Of a stretch of 64,000 nucleotides of DNA, positions 47,493-56,537 are shown one piece after another. Numbering within the stretch: position 1 is the stretch's first letter; the number at the start of each line of letters is the position of its first letter. The stretch is from a virus, in the IMG/VR virus record IMGVR_UViG_3300025728_000009, positions 27,286-91,285 of that record. One strand, written 5' to 3'. Both the position numbers and the translations under genes were made by a program. The notes beneath the pieces are model-generated. The model made no database searches and was not told where the DNA came from. It was given only the letters and a program-made list of their open reading frames with translations.

Positions 47493-47524
47493 CTTATTTC
47501 ACCTACTCTATTAGTTGAGTATTA

Positions 47525-47553
47525 AGTTTAACACTCCTAAGCGTAGATGTCAA
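47525..47553 (-). promoter_or_regulatory. sigma70 promoter carried by the endonuclease cassette
   Basis: TTGACA-17nt-TAAACT with TG extension. Confidence 0.75.
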
Positions 47554-47576
47554 CACTCCAAGCTATCCTTTTATAG

Positions 47577-48857
47577 TCAAACTGACAAGAACCCGTTGAT
47601 CAAAATGCGTCTAATACTTCCCGCCAAACGAGCACGGAACACAAATACACCAGCAGTACGTTGAGCACGAAGAGTAGGACTAATGGTGCTTACATCCGGG
47701 GTAGTGACGCTCCATCCGCGATCAATCAAGCCATTAGCTTCCGCTTGCGAGAGTACAGAACGAATTTCATTTTCGATAATGGCCAGCCCCGGATTTGTCA
47801 TCGGAACTTTCAAGCTATTAATCAAGCGAAAATAAACACCTTCTTGTAAGCGCGCATAAAGCCAGTCGATACCCACAATCTCATCAATTGGTGAACCGCC
47901 GAAAGTGTCACCGTCTTGGAAGATATTCACACCAGCAACAGTAGTGTACATGTTGCAATTCTTATTGCGAAGATTAACACGCTGGGTGTCAGTAAGGTTA
48001 CTTACAGTTACACCTACAGCACGCTTGAAGTCCCAATCGTTGCTACCCGGAGTGTATGGAAGTTGAGAACCCATCCAAGCAGCTTCAGGGAATTCTGTAT
48101 CAGCAGTTGGCAGATAAATACCATAAGTGCGGTCAGCAGTTTTAGCATTAAGTTTGTAGGCAATATCAGTGATACCAGTAGTAGGCGCTACAGTATCAGC
48201 AGTCGAGGTGCCATACAGCTTACGACGTGCGTTAATAGCATCACTCAGGGCTTCTACATCAGCAGAAACATGAGTCTCAGATACAATACCATACCAAGTG
48301 TTATTCTCTTGCTCTACAGCTTCAAGGGCTTCAACCCAATCTTCAGTAACAGTGTTGACACCAACAAGGTTAGTGGAAGCTACTACACTCCAAGGACTAC
48401 CAAGCACGGTGGTAGTCAGGATCAGAGTGGTGGTGCCAGTTACGGTAATGCCTACAGGAGAACCGATAGCTGCTTTCAGGCCAGTTACAATAGTAGTAGC
48501 AGTAGCGCCTGCACCAGAGGTAAAGGTAAAAGGAACACCATTCAATGTGACCGAATATAAAGTGTTATCAGCAACAGTTGGGGTGAAGGTTACAGCATCT
48601 ACTTGGCGGCGGCCTACAACAATAGAAGGAGGCACAGCACCAACGGACGATTGACCAAAGAGCTTGGTTGCAATCTTATGAACGTTACTAGTGGACGCAA
48701 AGTCATCACCTACAGCCGTAATGTCGGTATAGGTACGAGTACGTTCAGAGAAATTTGTAAAGGTTGCCAGAACCAACGGAATCTGGAAACTTGCGGTGGC
48801 TACAGCAGTAGACTCGCGGGTAATCGTAATAGAAACGATTTGATCAAGTTCGCTCAC
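47577..48857 (-). CDS. tail sheath protein (DUF3383-like)
   Basis: PGS..W.FK...GV; IDEI.G.DWL; KVP.T..G; AGSIR. Confidence 0.9.
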   Translation of the reverse strand: MSELDQIVSITITRESTAVATASFQIPLVLATFTNFSERTRTYTDITAVGDDFASTSNVHKIATKLFGQSSVGAVPPSIVVGRRQVDAVTFTPTVADNTLYSVTLNGVPFTFTSGAGATATTIVTGLKAAIGSPVGITVTGTTTLILTTTVLGSPWSVVASTNLVGVNTVTEDWVEALEAVEQENNTWYGIVSETHVSADVEALSDAINARRKLYGTSTADTVAPTTGITDIAYKLNAKTADRTYGIYLPTADTEFPEAAWMGSQLPYTPGSNDWDFKRAVGVTVSNLTDTQRVNLRNKNCNMYTTVAGVNIFQDGDTFGGSPIDEIVGIDWLYARLQEGVYFRLINSLKVPMTNPGLAIIENEIRSVLSQAEANGLIDRGWSVTTPDVSTISPTLRAQRTAGVFVFRARLAGSIRRILINGFLSV

Positions 48858-48933
48858 AGGCTCACCTCTTTGTAATTAAAAGACATTCGTTAATCCTTAT
48901 TTTGTTGTTTAACTGCGGCATACGAATGCCTTC

Positions 48934-49530
48934 TTACGGAATTATGATACCTTCAGGAACTGTAAAAACTCCTGTTTGTTCTGAATCTACTATTACAGAC
49001 TCCACCCAATCAACAAGTTGTATCGTCTGAACAATATAATTAAACGTCACATCCATATTGTGATATTCAACCCACTTAGTATCTCTCTTTTGCGGAGCCC
49101 TACGTATTTGACTCTTACGCATTAGCCCCAACTTGTTCTTCTTAAGTTCTTCAAGAGATACTGGATTGTTGTTAATTCTTTGTGTAAAGCTTTGAGCCAT
49201 GTCACCAGACAAACTACCAATAAAACTCATCTGCACTAAGATTTCATAACAGACTTGAACAGGCAGGAAGTAGCCCGTACTCTCACTAAAGTGAAGTCCC
49301 CATTGCTGATCAAAACCAAAGGCTTCTGGTGCAGTTGAGATGCTTGCAAGAGTGGATGTACTGTGATGGCCAATTTGGTTAATGCTGAGAATATTGATTA
49401 CAGCGTAACTTTCTGCTGGTTCAGTACCCCCAGAATTACTGAAGATCACAGGTGCAGTAGGAAACTCACTTAGGGAAGCTAATGCTGCTGTTCGTATTGC
49501 TTTTCTGACATCGCTGTACGTTCCTGCCAT
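48934..49530 (-). CDS. tail terminator / neck protein
   Basis: position directly upstream of sheath; DVTFNY. Confidence 0.65.
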   Translation of the reverse strand: MAGTYSDVRKAIRTAALASLSEFPTAPVIFSNSGGTEPAESYAVINILSINQIGHHSTSTLASISTAPEAFGFDQQWGLHFSESTGYFLPVQVCYEILVQMSFIGSLSGDMAQSFTQRINNNPVSLEELKKNKLGLMRKSQIRRAPQKRDTKWVEYHNMDVTFNYIVQTIQLVDWVESVIVDSEQTGVFTVPEGIIIP

Positions 49531-50033
49531 TAATTAGCTCCTTTCTTTTCTACTTTAGCTGTCACGTTAGCAATCAGCTCGCTGGAGTTAACCAATGGGT
49601 CATCGAAACCTTTAAGCTCAACTGTGAGTGGTGCGTTAGGTGGTGTATCCCAATCAAGCATTACTTTACGAAGTGTGCGTTCAAAGTTATTGGTGGTTTT
49701 CTGCATAGCTGTTAGGACAGATTCACCCTTGAGTACAGCAACCACCATATCCTTGAAATCATCCTTGTTAGCACCAGCTTTGAATGCGCCGGGAAGACCC
49801 ACTGTCATGAAGGGTCGTGGAGGAGTAATTGCACCGGGAACTAGAGAGTTACTTCCATTGATATGACCCTCGTTGTTCCACTGAGCAACCTGAGCCATCT
49901 TTAGGTTATCGTTGTCAGTACCATATTGATTCTCTTCAAACCAGCCTAATTGAACTTCGTGAGATTCTGCTTTAAGGAAATTCTTTTTAAGTTTCTCCCA
50001 GCCAGATTTATCAACCTTAAGTTTAAAGGACAT
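49530..50033 (-). CDS. neck / tail completion protein
   Basis: VA.WN.EG...PPRPF...PPNAP.T...KG.DDPL; start moved to MSFKLK. Confidence 0.8.
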   Translation of the reverse strand: MSFKLKVDKSGWEKLKKNFLKAESHEVQLGWFEENQYGTDNDNLKMAQVAQWNNEGHINGSNSLVPGAITPPRPFMTVGLPGAFKAGANKDDFKDMVVAVLKGESVLTAMQKTTNNFERTLRKVMLDWDTPPNAPLTVELKGFDDPLVNSSELIANVTAKVEKKGAN

Positions 50034-50044
50034 TTGCACATCCT

Positions 50045-50431
50045 TTAGTTTGGGGTGAGGCTTTCGCGAGCAGCCCAACCCTTCCAATGATCAATACACG
50101 AATCCTTAAACCTATAAGTCTTCATGATTTTGAAAGTATATGGAACACCTTCAATGATAGAGTCCCACTGAAATTCATCGGCATCAAACCCAGCCGATCC
50201 CTCAACTTGAGAGCGTAAGTTGTGAGTGTTGCAGTAAACTTTAAGCCACTCTCTGGAACGATCTGATTCTGGGAACTGTAGAAGCTCAAAAGGTTTTACT
50301 GGTTGGACTTTTAGTCCGGCAGTAAATGTCTCTGTAGTTCCTTCTACCCAATCTCCGTCTACAAAGGAGCCAGCACTTCTGCGAGTGATTTCTACATCAG
50401 TAAACTTAATAAGGTTAAATTTTAAAGCCAT
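50045..50431 (-). CDS. head closure protein
   Basis: G.FVDG.WVEG...VQP...L...PE.DR. Confidence 0.72.
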   Translation of the reverse strand: MALKFNLIKFTDVEITRRSAGSFVDGDWVEGTTETFTAGLKVQPVKPFELLQFPESDRSREWLKVYCNTHNLRSQVEGSAGFDADEFQWDSIIEGVPYTFKIMKTYRFKDSCIDHWKGWAARESLTPN

Positions 50432-50443
50432 AACTTAACCTCA

Positions 50444-50902
50444 TCAGATTACAATAAATTCAATGCCGAAAGTGTCTGAACAACCGCAACCTTCGTGACA
50501 TTTATTATCCCAATCACAAGTTTTAATTTGCGTTAGTTTAGGACGGACATTATCTGGATTGCTGTTGTTGGCACATACTTCAGACCACGAAATACCACCA
50601 GCCCATGGCATCATGCCATTAGGAAGGTTAATTATTGGGTTATCAATAACATTCTTAAGAGCTGCGAGATACTGAGTAGACAGGGAATTCCATATTTCCT
50701 CATCACCAACTCTTTCGCGAGTATTGTAGCCAGCAAGTTGAAAGCTAGCACTAATAGCAGCCATCCTAGCAGCCAGTTGTACGTTTCCATTATTCTGATC
50801 AAGGAAGAATTGAATCTCATCGTCCGTAAATAGCATATAAAAGGGTGATGTGGGCGTATCACCGATCAAAAGCCTAACCTGTTCGACAGGCGTCAAAGCC
50901 AT
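50444..50902 (-). CDS. head-tail adaptor protein
   Basis: VRLLIGDT...F.DDEI.FFL; start MALTP behind GGAG SD. Confidence 0.75.
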   Translation of the reverse strand: MALTPVEQVRLLIGDTPTSPFYMLFTDDEIQFFLDQNNGNVQLAARMAAISASFQLAGYNTRERVGDEEIWNSLSTQYLAALKNVIDNPIINLPNGMMPWAGGISWSEVCANNSNPDNVRPKLTQIKTCDWDNKCHEGCGCSDTFGIEFIVI

Positions 50903-51692
50903 AGTATTTCTCCAAATAAATGTTGTACTTTCTAGATAACTTATATTTACAATCTCTGTACAATTCATCTAGAATTTGTTTAGAGTATACTTTGCTGCAA
51001 AGACTGAATACGTGGAGAGTTCCTTTCACGTAGTAGTTAGGTTTGCAGTCGGGGAATAATGATTTACAATACTCCCCAAAAGCCTCCACTACCTCTTGAC
51101 TTCCAACCAAACCAATCTCGTTTGAAGATTTAGAAATAGATCCATCACCCTCAATCATTCCACGCCAAAAATGTCGGTTATATTTGAATACTTCAGGACA
51201 AACTTCTTTAGCTGATTTACGCTGTGACATCCCTAATGCAACTAGTCGTTCTGTCATTAGATCGTGTTTAAAATAGAAAGAGGCTCGATTGTACACAGAA
51301 CCATTCCGTGAATCTGTATGAGTACCAACTGAGATTTTATTTTCAGTTCCTACATAAGCTTTGAGATTCTCCAAAACTTCAATGTCTTTAGAGTTAATCG
51401 CAACTACCATCGCGTTATTTGTATAGCAGCCATCGCTCAAGAGCCATCCATAGAAGTAGGCGCAATCTTCTTCGGTTGTATCTAAGAACGCAGAATCATT
51501 AGCGTGTTGTTCTCTGTAAAACTTAAGTGTCTTTGGTTCTACTTCAAACTTCTTAAAGACTTTCCTAATATCTTGGATACTACATTCTTTCAGTTTTTGT
51601 ATCTGACGAATTGAGTTACCTTGATCGTAAAGTTCGACAATTTCAAGTTCAACTTCTTCAGACAAGCCTTTTGATCGTTCTTTGTATTTCAA
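50874..51692 (-). CDS. free-standing double-motif LAGLIDADG homing endonuclease
   Basis: AYFYGWLLSDGC and RHFWRGMIEGDGSI; N-terminal HTH; L.RK tail. Confidence 0.9.
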   Translation of the reverse strand: MKYKERSKGLSEEVELEIVELYDQGNSIRQIQKLKECSIQDIRKVFKKFEVEPKTLKFYREQHANDSAFLDTTEEDCAYFYGWLLSDGCYTNNAMVVAINSKDIEVLENLKAYVGTENKISVGTHTDSRNGSVYNRASFYFKHDLMTERLVALGMSQRKSAKEVCPEVFKYNRHFWRGMIEGDGSISKSSNEIGLVGSQEVVEAFGEYCKSLFPDCKPNYYVKGTLHVFSLCSKVYSKQILDELYRDCKYKLSRKYNIYLEKYYGFDACRTG

Positions 51693-51748
51693 TTTGGTTC
51701 ACTCCTAAATAAATTCAACTTGTATTCTAGCATCTATTTAAAGGAATG

Positions 51749-51769
51749 AAAAGGGGTTTTGACACCCCT
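51749..51769 (-). terminator. intrinsic terminator after capsid genes
   Basis: AGGGGT-GTCAAA-ACCCCT-TTT. Confidence 0.65.
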
Positions 51770-51775
51770 ATAATT

Positions 51776-52105
51776 TTAGCTTGCAGGCATAATACCAGCA
51801 GTAATCAACTTGGTGAGCAGAGCATTATAGGCTACAGTTACAGCAGCCAAGGTTGCAAAGTCAGGGGATTGTTGAGCAGTAAAAGTAATCTGTTTTACGA
51901 TACCAGCAGCAGCGGTGGTCGCAGCAACAGTACCAATAGCAGTACGTGCAGCAGCAGCATCTGTGGCAGTCAGTACAGCACGGCCAACAGTAGTAGAGTC
52001 AGTAATGTCAGCGGCTTGTACGGAACTACCACCAGCATTAATTTGTGCAGCCAAATCGTTTACAGCTACAATGTAGCCAGCCCCAACAACGGGAGTAATA
52101 GCCAT
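51776..52105 (-). CDS. head fibre / capsid decoration protein
   Basis: DITDST.VGRAVL.A.DAAAAR.AIG; YNALL.KL..AGIM. Confidence 0.7.
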   Translation of the reverse strand: MAITPVVGAGYIVAVNDLAAQINAGGSSVQAADITDSTTVGRAVLTATDAAAARTAIGTVAATTAAAGIVKQITFTAQQSPDFATLAAVTVAYNALLTKLITAGIMPAS

Positions 52106-52162
52106 TTGAATCTCCTAAATAATGAGGGCTATATTTCAAACCCTCTTATTATAAGCTCTTAT

Positions 52163-53251
52163 TTAAGGAGCAATGCTTACACGTACAAGTGCTTGTGGGC
52201 GCAGTACGGCGTTCATGAAGTTCGATTCAGACATGATTTCAATGAAATCGTCTTTTTCGTTCATGTATTCGAACCAGTAAGCCTCAGAAGCAACTTGGTT
52301 CACGGTAGCAAAACGGTTAGCCGGAGCATAGTAGGTTTTGAACAGTGCTTCAGATGCAACCTGTGGGAATACACGGCATTCGCCAGCAGGGATGTAAGGA
52401 ACGGTGGCGCCAGTGTTACGATCAACATAGCTGCCACGGTATTCGATCCAGAGGATACCACCGTAGTAGAAGTTGCGATAACGAGCGTCAAGACCAAACA
52501 CGTTAGCAGTCAGACGACCATTCAGAACAGCAGTACCTTGGGTTTGGCTGAAGTACTTGTAAGTATCAACAACAAACGGGTGGGTAATCAGGGCATTGAA
52601 GAAGCTTGGCGAGCAAACTGCAATCAAACCATCAACTACTGCACCAGACTGAACACCATCTTGTACAGCTGCAACAATTGGCTCAACTTCAACCAGTGGA
52701 TCAGCGGCAAGGTTGGTCAGGTCCATAGTCAGTTCGGTACGGGTAACACCGAACTCGTTGTACCAGTTGATAGTGCTGCCATACGAAGTAGCCAGAGTCC
52801 CACTAGGAGCGTAAACACCACCAGTTACCATCAGTTGAGCACGAGCAGCCTCAAGAGTCAGTGCGTGGTTCATACGCATTTGAATCATTTTACGACTACG
52901 AGTAGACGCCACGGATTCAGTTTGGATACCAGCAAACACGTTATCCCACGAAACAACACCGTCGATGTCGTTAGGAGTGATTGCATCGTCCAGAGGGAAG
53001 TGGGGAATACTTGCAGTCAAGTACGAACGGGTTGGACCACGGGAAGCGTTGTTACGTTCATCCCAGTTACGGTCAGGAATCAGACCTTCGTTCCAAACAG
53101 TGCGAGGAACCAGAACGGTTTTCTGAGACTTGGCTTCGGTGTCGAAAATACCCAATTGGTTAAACAGGCCCCATTGGTTAGGGACAATGTTAACGGTTTC
53201 GGATAGGTCTACTACGCGGTTGAAATCCTGCGGATTATAAGAAAGTGGCAT
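52163..53251 (-). CDS. major capsid protein (lambda gpE-like HK97 fold)
   Basis: IPHFP.DD.I.P.DI; H..TLE; F.TYYAP; ESN...RP..LV; strong codon bias. Confidence 0.92.
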   Translation of the reverse strand: MPLSYNPQDFNRVVDLSETVNIVPNQWGLFNQLGIFDTEAKSQKTVLVPRTVWNEGLIPDRNWDERNNASRGPTRSYLTASIPHFPLDDAITPNDIDGVVSWDNVFAGIQTESVASTRSRKMIQMRMNHALTLEAARAQLMVTGGVYAPSGTLATSYGSTINWYNEFGVTRTELTMDLTNLAADPLVEVEPIVAAVQDGVQSGAVVDGLIAVCSPSFFNALITHPFVVDTYKYFSQTQGTAVLNGRLTANVFGLDARYRNFYYGGILWIEYRGSYVDRNTGATVPYIPAGECRVFPQVASEALFKTYYAPANRFATVNQVASEAYWFEYMNEKDDFIEIMSESNFMNAVLRPQALVRVSIAP

Positions 53252-53265
53252 ATTAGTATTAGTCC

Positions 53266-53700
53266 TTAGATAGTGATTTCAACAATTACGCCCTGTTCTT
53301 TCAACAGGTGACGCAGTGCTTCAAATTGTGGTGCGCTCAGGAACCCCGAGGTAGCGGTTTTAATCAGGTAATCTTTCAGGATCACGTTGTCACGAACATA
53401 ACCAACAGCGTTGTCAGTAGTGTCAGCAGCCAACAGAGTGAAACCTTGTGGTTTTGCTTGGTAACGATCACCGAACAGAACAACAAATTCGTTAGTGGTA
53501 ACGAGTTGGGAAGCGTTGCTCAGAAGAGCATATGCAGTGTCAGTTGCAGCTTTTGCCCGGAAAGCAACCATGCCCATAACAACTGGGGTATCGGAGGCTA
53601 CGTCAACAAACACAACTTCGCGAGCATAACCAACACTAGGATCACGTTCGTGAACTACAAGGTCAGACAGTTGGGTGAAGCCACGGGTTACTAGAGGCAT
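53266..53700 (-). CDS. head decoration protein
   Basis: between protease and MCP; SDLV..E...GYARE. Confidence 0.75.
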   Translation of the reverse strand: MPLVTRGFTQLSDLVVHERDPSVGYAREVVFVDVASDTPVVMGMVAFRAKAATDTAYALLSNASQLVTTNEFVVLFGDRYQAKPQGFTLLAADTTDNAVGYVRDNVILKDYLIKTATSGFLSAPQFEALRHLLKEQGVIVEITI

Positions 53701-55031
53701 TATTTAGCACCTTCTTTTTGAAATTGAGCTTTAAGTTTTTCGGCGGTAAGATCAGCGCCTTGGGGTTTTTCTGGTTTTACTTCAGCGCCTTGACCACCAA
53801 CTTCACCCATCAGGGCAGATTGATCAATAACTTCAGCTTGTGCTTTAAAGCCTGCGACAACTGCTTCAAACGATGCATCATCCAGAATAGACAGAGAAGC
53901 AAGCAGTGCATCTTGTTTAACGGCTGCGAGTGCGGTTTTACGGGTAGAAAGTTTAGCTTCTACTTTTTCAGCTTCTAGTTCAGCAACTTTGGCTTTGAAC
54001 GTAGAGAGTTCAGAACCTTGAGTTACGAGGGTGGCTTGGAGAGTTTCTTTAACAGAGGTAAGCTCTGCAAGTTGCTCTTGGGACGCAGTAAGCTGCGCTT
54101 GCAATTCAGCAAGTTGGGTCATATCTAGAGTTTCCTCTGTTGGCTTATTAAATTTAAAAATGCGATTACTCACAGAACTTCCTTCTTTATTACTTTGGGC
54201 TTCGCCCGACAGGTAAGAGTAAAAATCTTCTTGTGTCATTACCTTATCAGCTAGGCCCAAGGCAATTGCATCTTCCGCAAGGAAGGTGTTTGCTTGAGTA
54301 TTCCTAACTGCTTCTACAGACAAGTTACGATGTTCCGCAACATACTCTGTAAAATCTTTGTAGAGAGCATCTACTTTATATTGCAAGTCATCCAAGAACT
54401 CTTTACGGAAAGAGCCATCTTCAGCAAACGGAATCTTTTCAGTTCCTGCTGAGATAAAGCTACGTTCATAGCCTTTCATTTCAAGGGCTTTGGAATCATT
54501 CATCAATCGAATCAGAACACCAATAGAGCCAATCTCTGAATTCTTATTAGAGATGATTTCATCGGAGATAGCAGTAAGACCATAGGCAGCAGAGGCAGAC
54601 AAACCGTCAACATAGGAGATGATTTTTACACCTTTTTCGTCTGCTTTTTTACGCAGATAATTACCAGTGTCCATCATACCGTAAGCTTCACCACCACCAG
54701 ACTCCACCATAAAGGCTACAGTCTTTACACCTTCTTCAAGGAGGGCCTCAAAGTCTTCCTTAATACTTTCGTAAGATGTGCCACCACAAAATGCTTCCCA
54801 ACCAGTTGACTTGTTAGTCAGTGGGCCAGAGATATGAATTACGCCAAGATTAGATTCTGCATAATGCAGAGTGCTATACATGGAGAATTCACTATCAGCT
54901 TTTGGTGTTACATCAACAGTTCCTTCGCAACGCTTATCTACATAGTTCAGAATAGATTCAAAACTTTTAGAGTCCACTAGGAGAGGAGTGTCGAACAGCT
55001 TCGACCTAAGTCGGGCTAATTCATGGGCCAT
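53700..55031 (-). CDS. S49-family prohead protease with C-terminal scaffold
   Basis: ESGGGE, SASAAY, GSIGV; coiled-coil tail. Confidence 0.9.
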   Translation of the reverse strand: MAHELARLRSKLFDTPLLVDSKSFESILNYVDKRCEGTVDVTPKADSEFSMYSTLHYAESNLGVIHISGPLTNKSTGWEAFCGGTSYESIKEDFEALLEEGVKTVAFMVESGGGEAYGMMDTGNYLRKKADEKGVKIISYVDGLSASAAYGLTAISDEIISNKNSEIGSIGVLIRLMNDSKALEMKGYERSFISAGTEKIPFAEDGSFRKEFLDDLQYKVDALYKDFTEYVAEHRNLSVEAVRNTQANTFLAEDAIALGLADKVMTQEDFYSYLSGEAQSNKEGSSVSNRIFKFNKPTEETLDMTQLAELQAQLTASQEQLAELTSVKETLQATLVTQGSELSTFKAKVAELEAEKVEAKLSTRKTALAAVKQDALLASLSILDDASFEAVVAGFKAQAEVIDQSALMGEVGGQGAEVKPEKPQGADLTAEKLKAQFQKEGAK

Positions 55032-55043
55032 AAATGGACTCCT

Positions 55044-56528
55044 TTATGAGTTTTCAGTGTTCCCAACAGAAGCATCATCGCCTCCGTTTGGACTAGTTGA
55101 AGTTCCTTCACCTGCTGTTGCCATACCTTCACCTGCACCAGAAGAGTAAGTTGTAAGTTGTTCCCTCACATCTTCAATATTTTCAGTGCCGTAGAACGGA
55201 CAAGGCATACCAGCTTGATCAGCAATCCAGTTGATCGTATCAGCGTCTTGCGACATAAGGCCAACAGAAGCAACTCGCTGAATGAACTTGGACAATACAT
55301 CGAGGTCTTGCTGTGCCAGCTTACCGAAGTCGAAATAAGGTGTTACTGTGGTATCCCAACCATTCAGAGCGAACAACTGAGGAATGAGGTCATGGTTAAG
55401 TTGATCCCGAATCTCAATCAGCTTGGCTTCAATTGCCATCTCAGCTACAGATACTTTACTTTCTGCAAGCGAGAACGAGCCAGAACCGTTATTACCAAGG
55501 CTAAGAAAATCAGCAAACAAACATGTCAAGATTTCTTGTGCGTAGCGAGAGATAATCGCACTTGTATCAAAGGCTTTCTGTCCAGTAACAGATACAATCT
55601 CAAACGAAAACTCTTTGTTGCCGTCAGAATTCTGTACCATTGGTAGAATAAAGCCCGACTGCTCAGCTACAGCAGCATTACGCATCATCTTCTTATAATA
55701 CTCGTAAACAGCCTTATCTTCTGGAGAAGCATTAGGATCCATATAACGAGGAGGAAGATAAAGAACTTTGAAGCCTTGCATATCTTGGGATACACCGATT
55801 GCCTCTGATTCCTCAAAAGCTTTCTTGTACTTCCAAGACTCCCAAGCACCTACAAGTGGACTTTGCCCATTTGGGTCATCTTTAACGCTACCGTTACGAA
55901 AGAGTAGGAACTTTTTACGTGGGATTTTAACTTTATCCCCGTAGATACTGTCTACACCGTCGTAAGTGAACTGGTTCAACCCCGTAGGTTTAATAATCTG
56001 TTGCCATACACCAGAAAGGTCACGACCTTCGTTTTCCCACTCCCAGCCTATAATAGAGTCTTGTGCTCGCTGGGGGAGTTTCTTAAGCCCAATCAAACCA
56101 TCGTCATATTTAGATCCGTTGGACTTTTGGCGTCTGCGGTAAACCTTTTCTTGGACATCAAAACCATAACGATTAAAGCTAACAACTTCTTTGATGAATT
56201 GATTCCACGAGTGGTCCATATCATCTTTGCACTGGGAGACAAATGTTGCTTTTGCTTTAAGCTCTTCTTCATAACCTTCAGGAATTTTCACAGTCCAAGG
56301 TACACGAGCAATCATCATTTCAACTAAGTTCAATGCAGGAGCAATTGTACCGTCTTTTGACATCTTCTTGAAAGTGTTGATTGCCCAAGGCCAGCGAAGC
56401 TCGAAAGCGCATTCATCGAATACTTGACCACCCGAAACCTTAAGTGAATTGAAGCCTGTCTCTCCCAACTTCAATCTAATGGGTGTATTTTCACCCGTAC
56501 TAAGGGTTTCTGTATTTTCTTCAGCCAT
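55044..56528 (-). CDS. portal protein (DUF935-like)
   Basis: YGF...EKVY; IP..KF.LF; P.G.SPL; GSFSLAE; LIPQLF.LNG; follows terL. Confidence 0.9.
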   Translation of the reverse strand: MAEENTETLSTGENTPIRLKLGETGFNSLKVSGGQVFDECAFELRWPWAINTFKKMSKDGTIAPALNLVEMMIARVPWTVKIPEGYEEELKAKATFVSQCKDDMDHSWNQFIKEVVSFNRYGFDVQEKVYRRRQKSNGSKYDDGLIGLKKLPQRAQDSIIGWEWENEGRDLSGVWQQIIKPTGLNQFTYDGVDSIYGDKVKIPRKKFLLFRNGSVKDDPNGQSPLVGAWESWKYKKAFEESEAIGVSQDMQGFKVLYLPPRYMDPNASPEDKAVYEYYKKMMRNAAVAEQSGFILPMVQNSDGNKEFSFEIVSVTGQKAFDTSAIISRYAQEILTCLFADFLSLGNNGSGSFSLAESKVSVAEMAIEAKLIEIRDQLNHDLIPQLFALNGWDTTVTPYFDFGKLAQQDLDVLSKFIQRVASVGLMSQDADTINWIADQAGMPCPFYGTENIEDVREQLTTYSSGAGEGMATAGEGTSTSPNGGDDASVGNTENS

Positions 56529-56537
56529 GAAGGCTCC

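Noticed and set aside
51746-53206. 486-aa plus-strand ORF
   Set aside because: Antisense shadow of the codon-biased MCP and head-fibre genes; no SD, Ser/Asn-rich, no motifs
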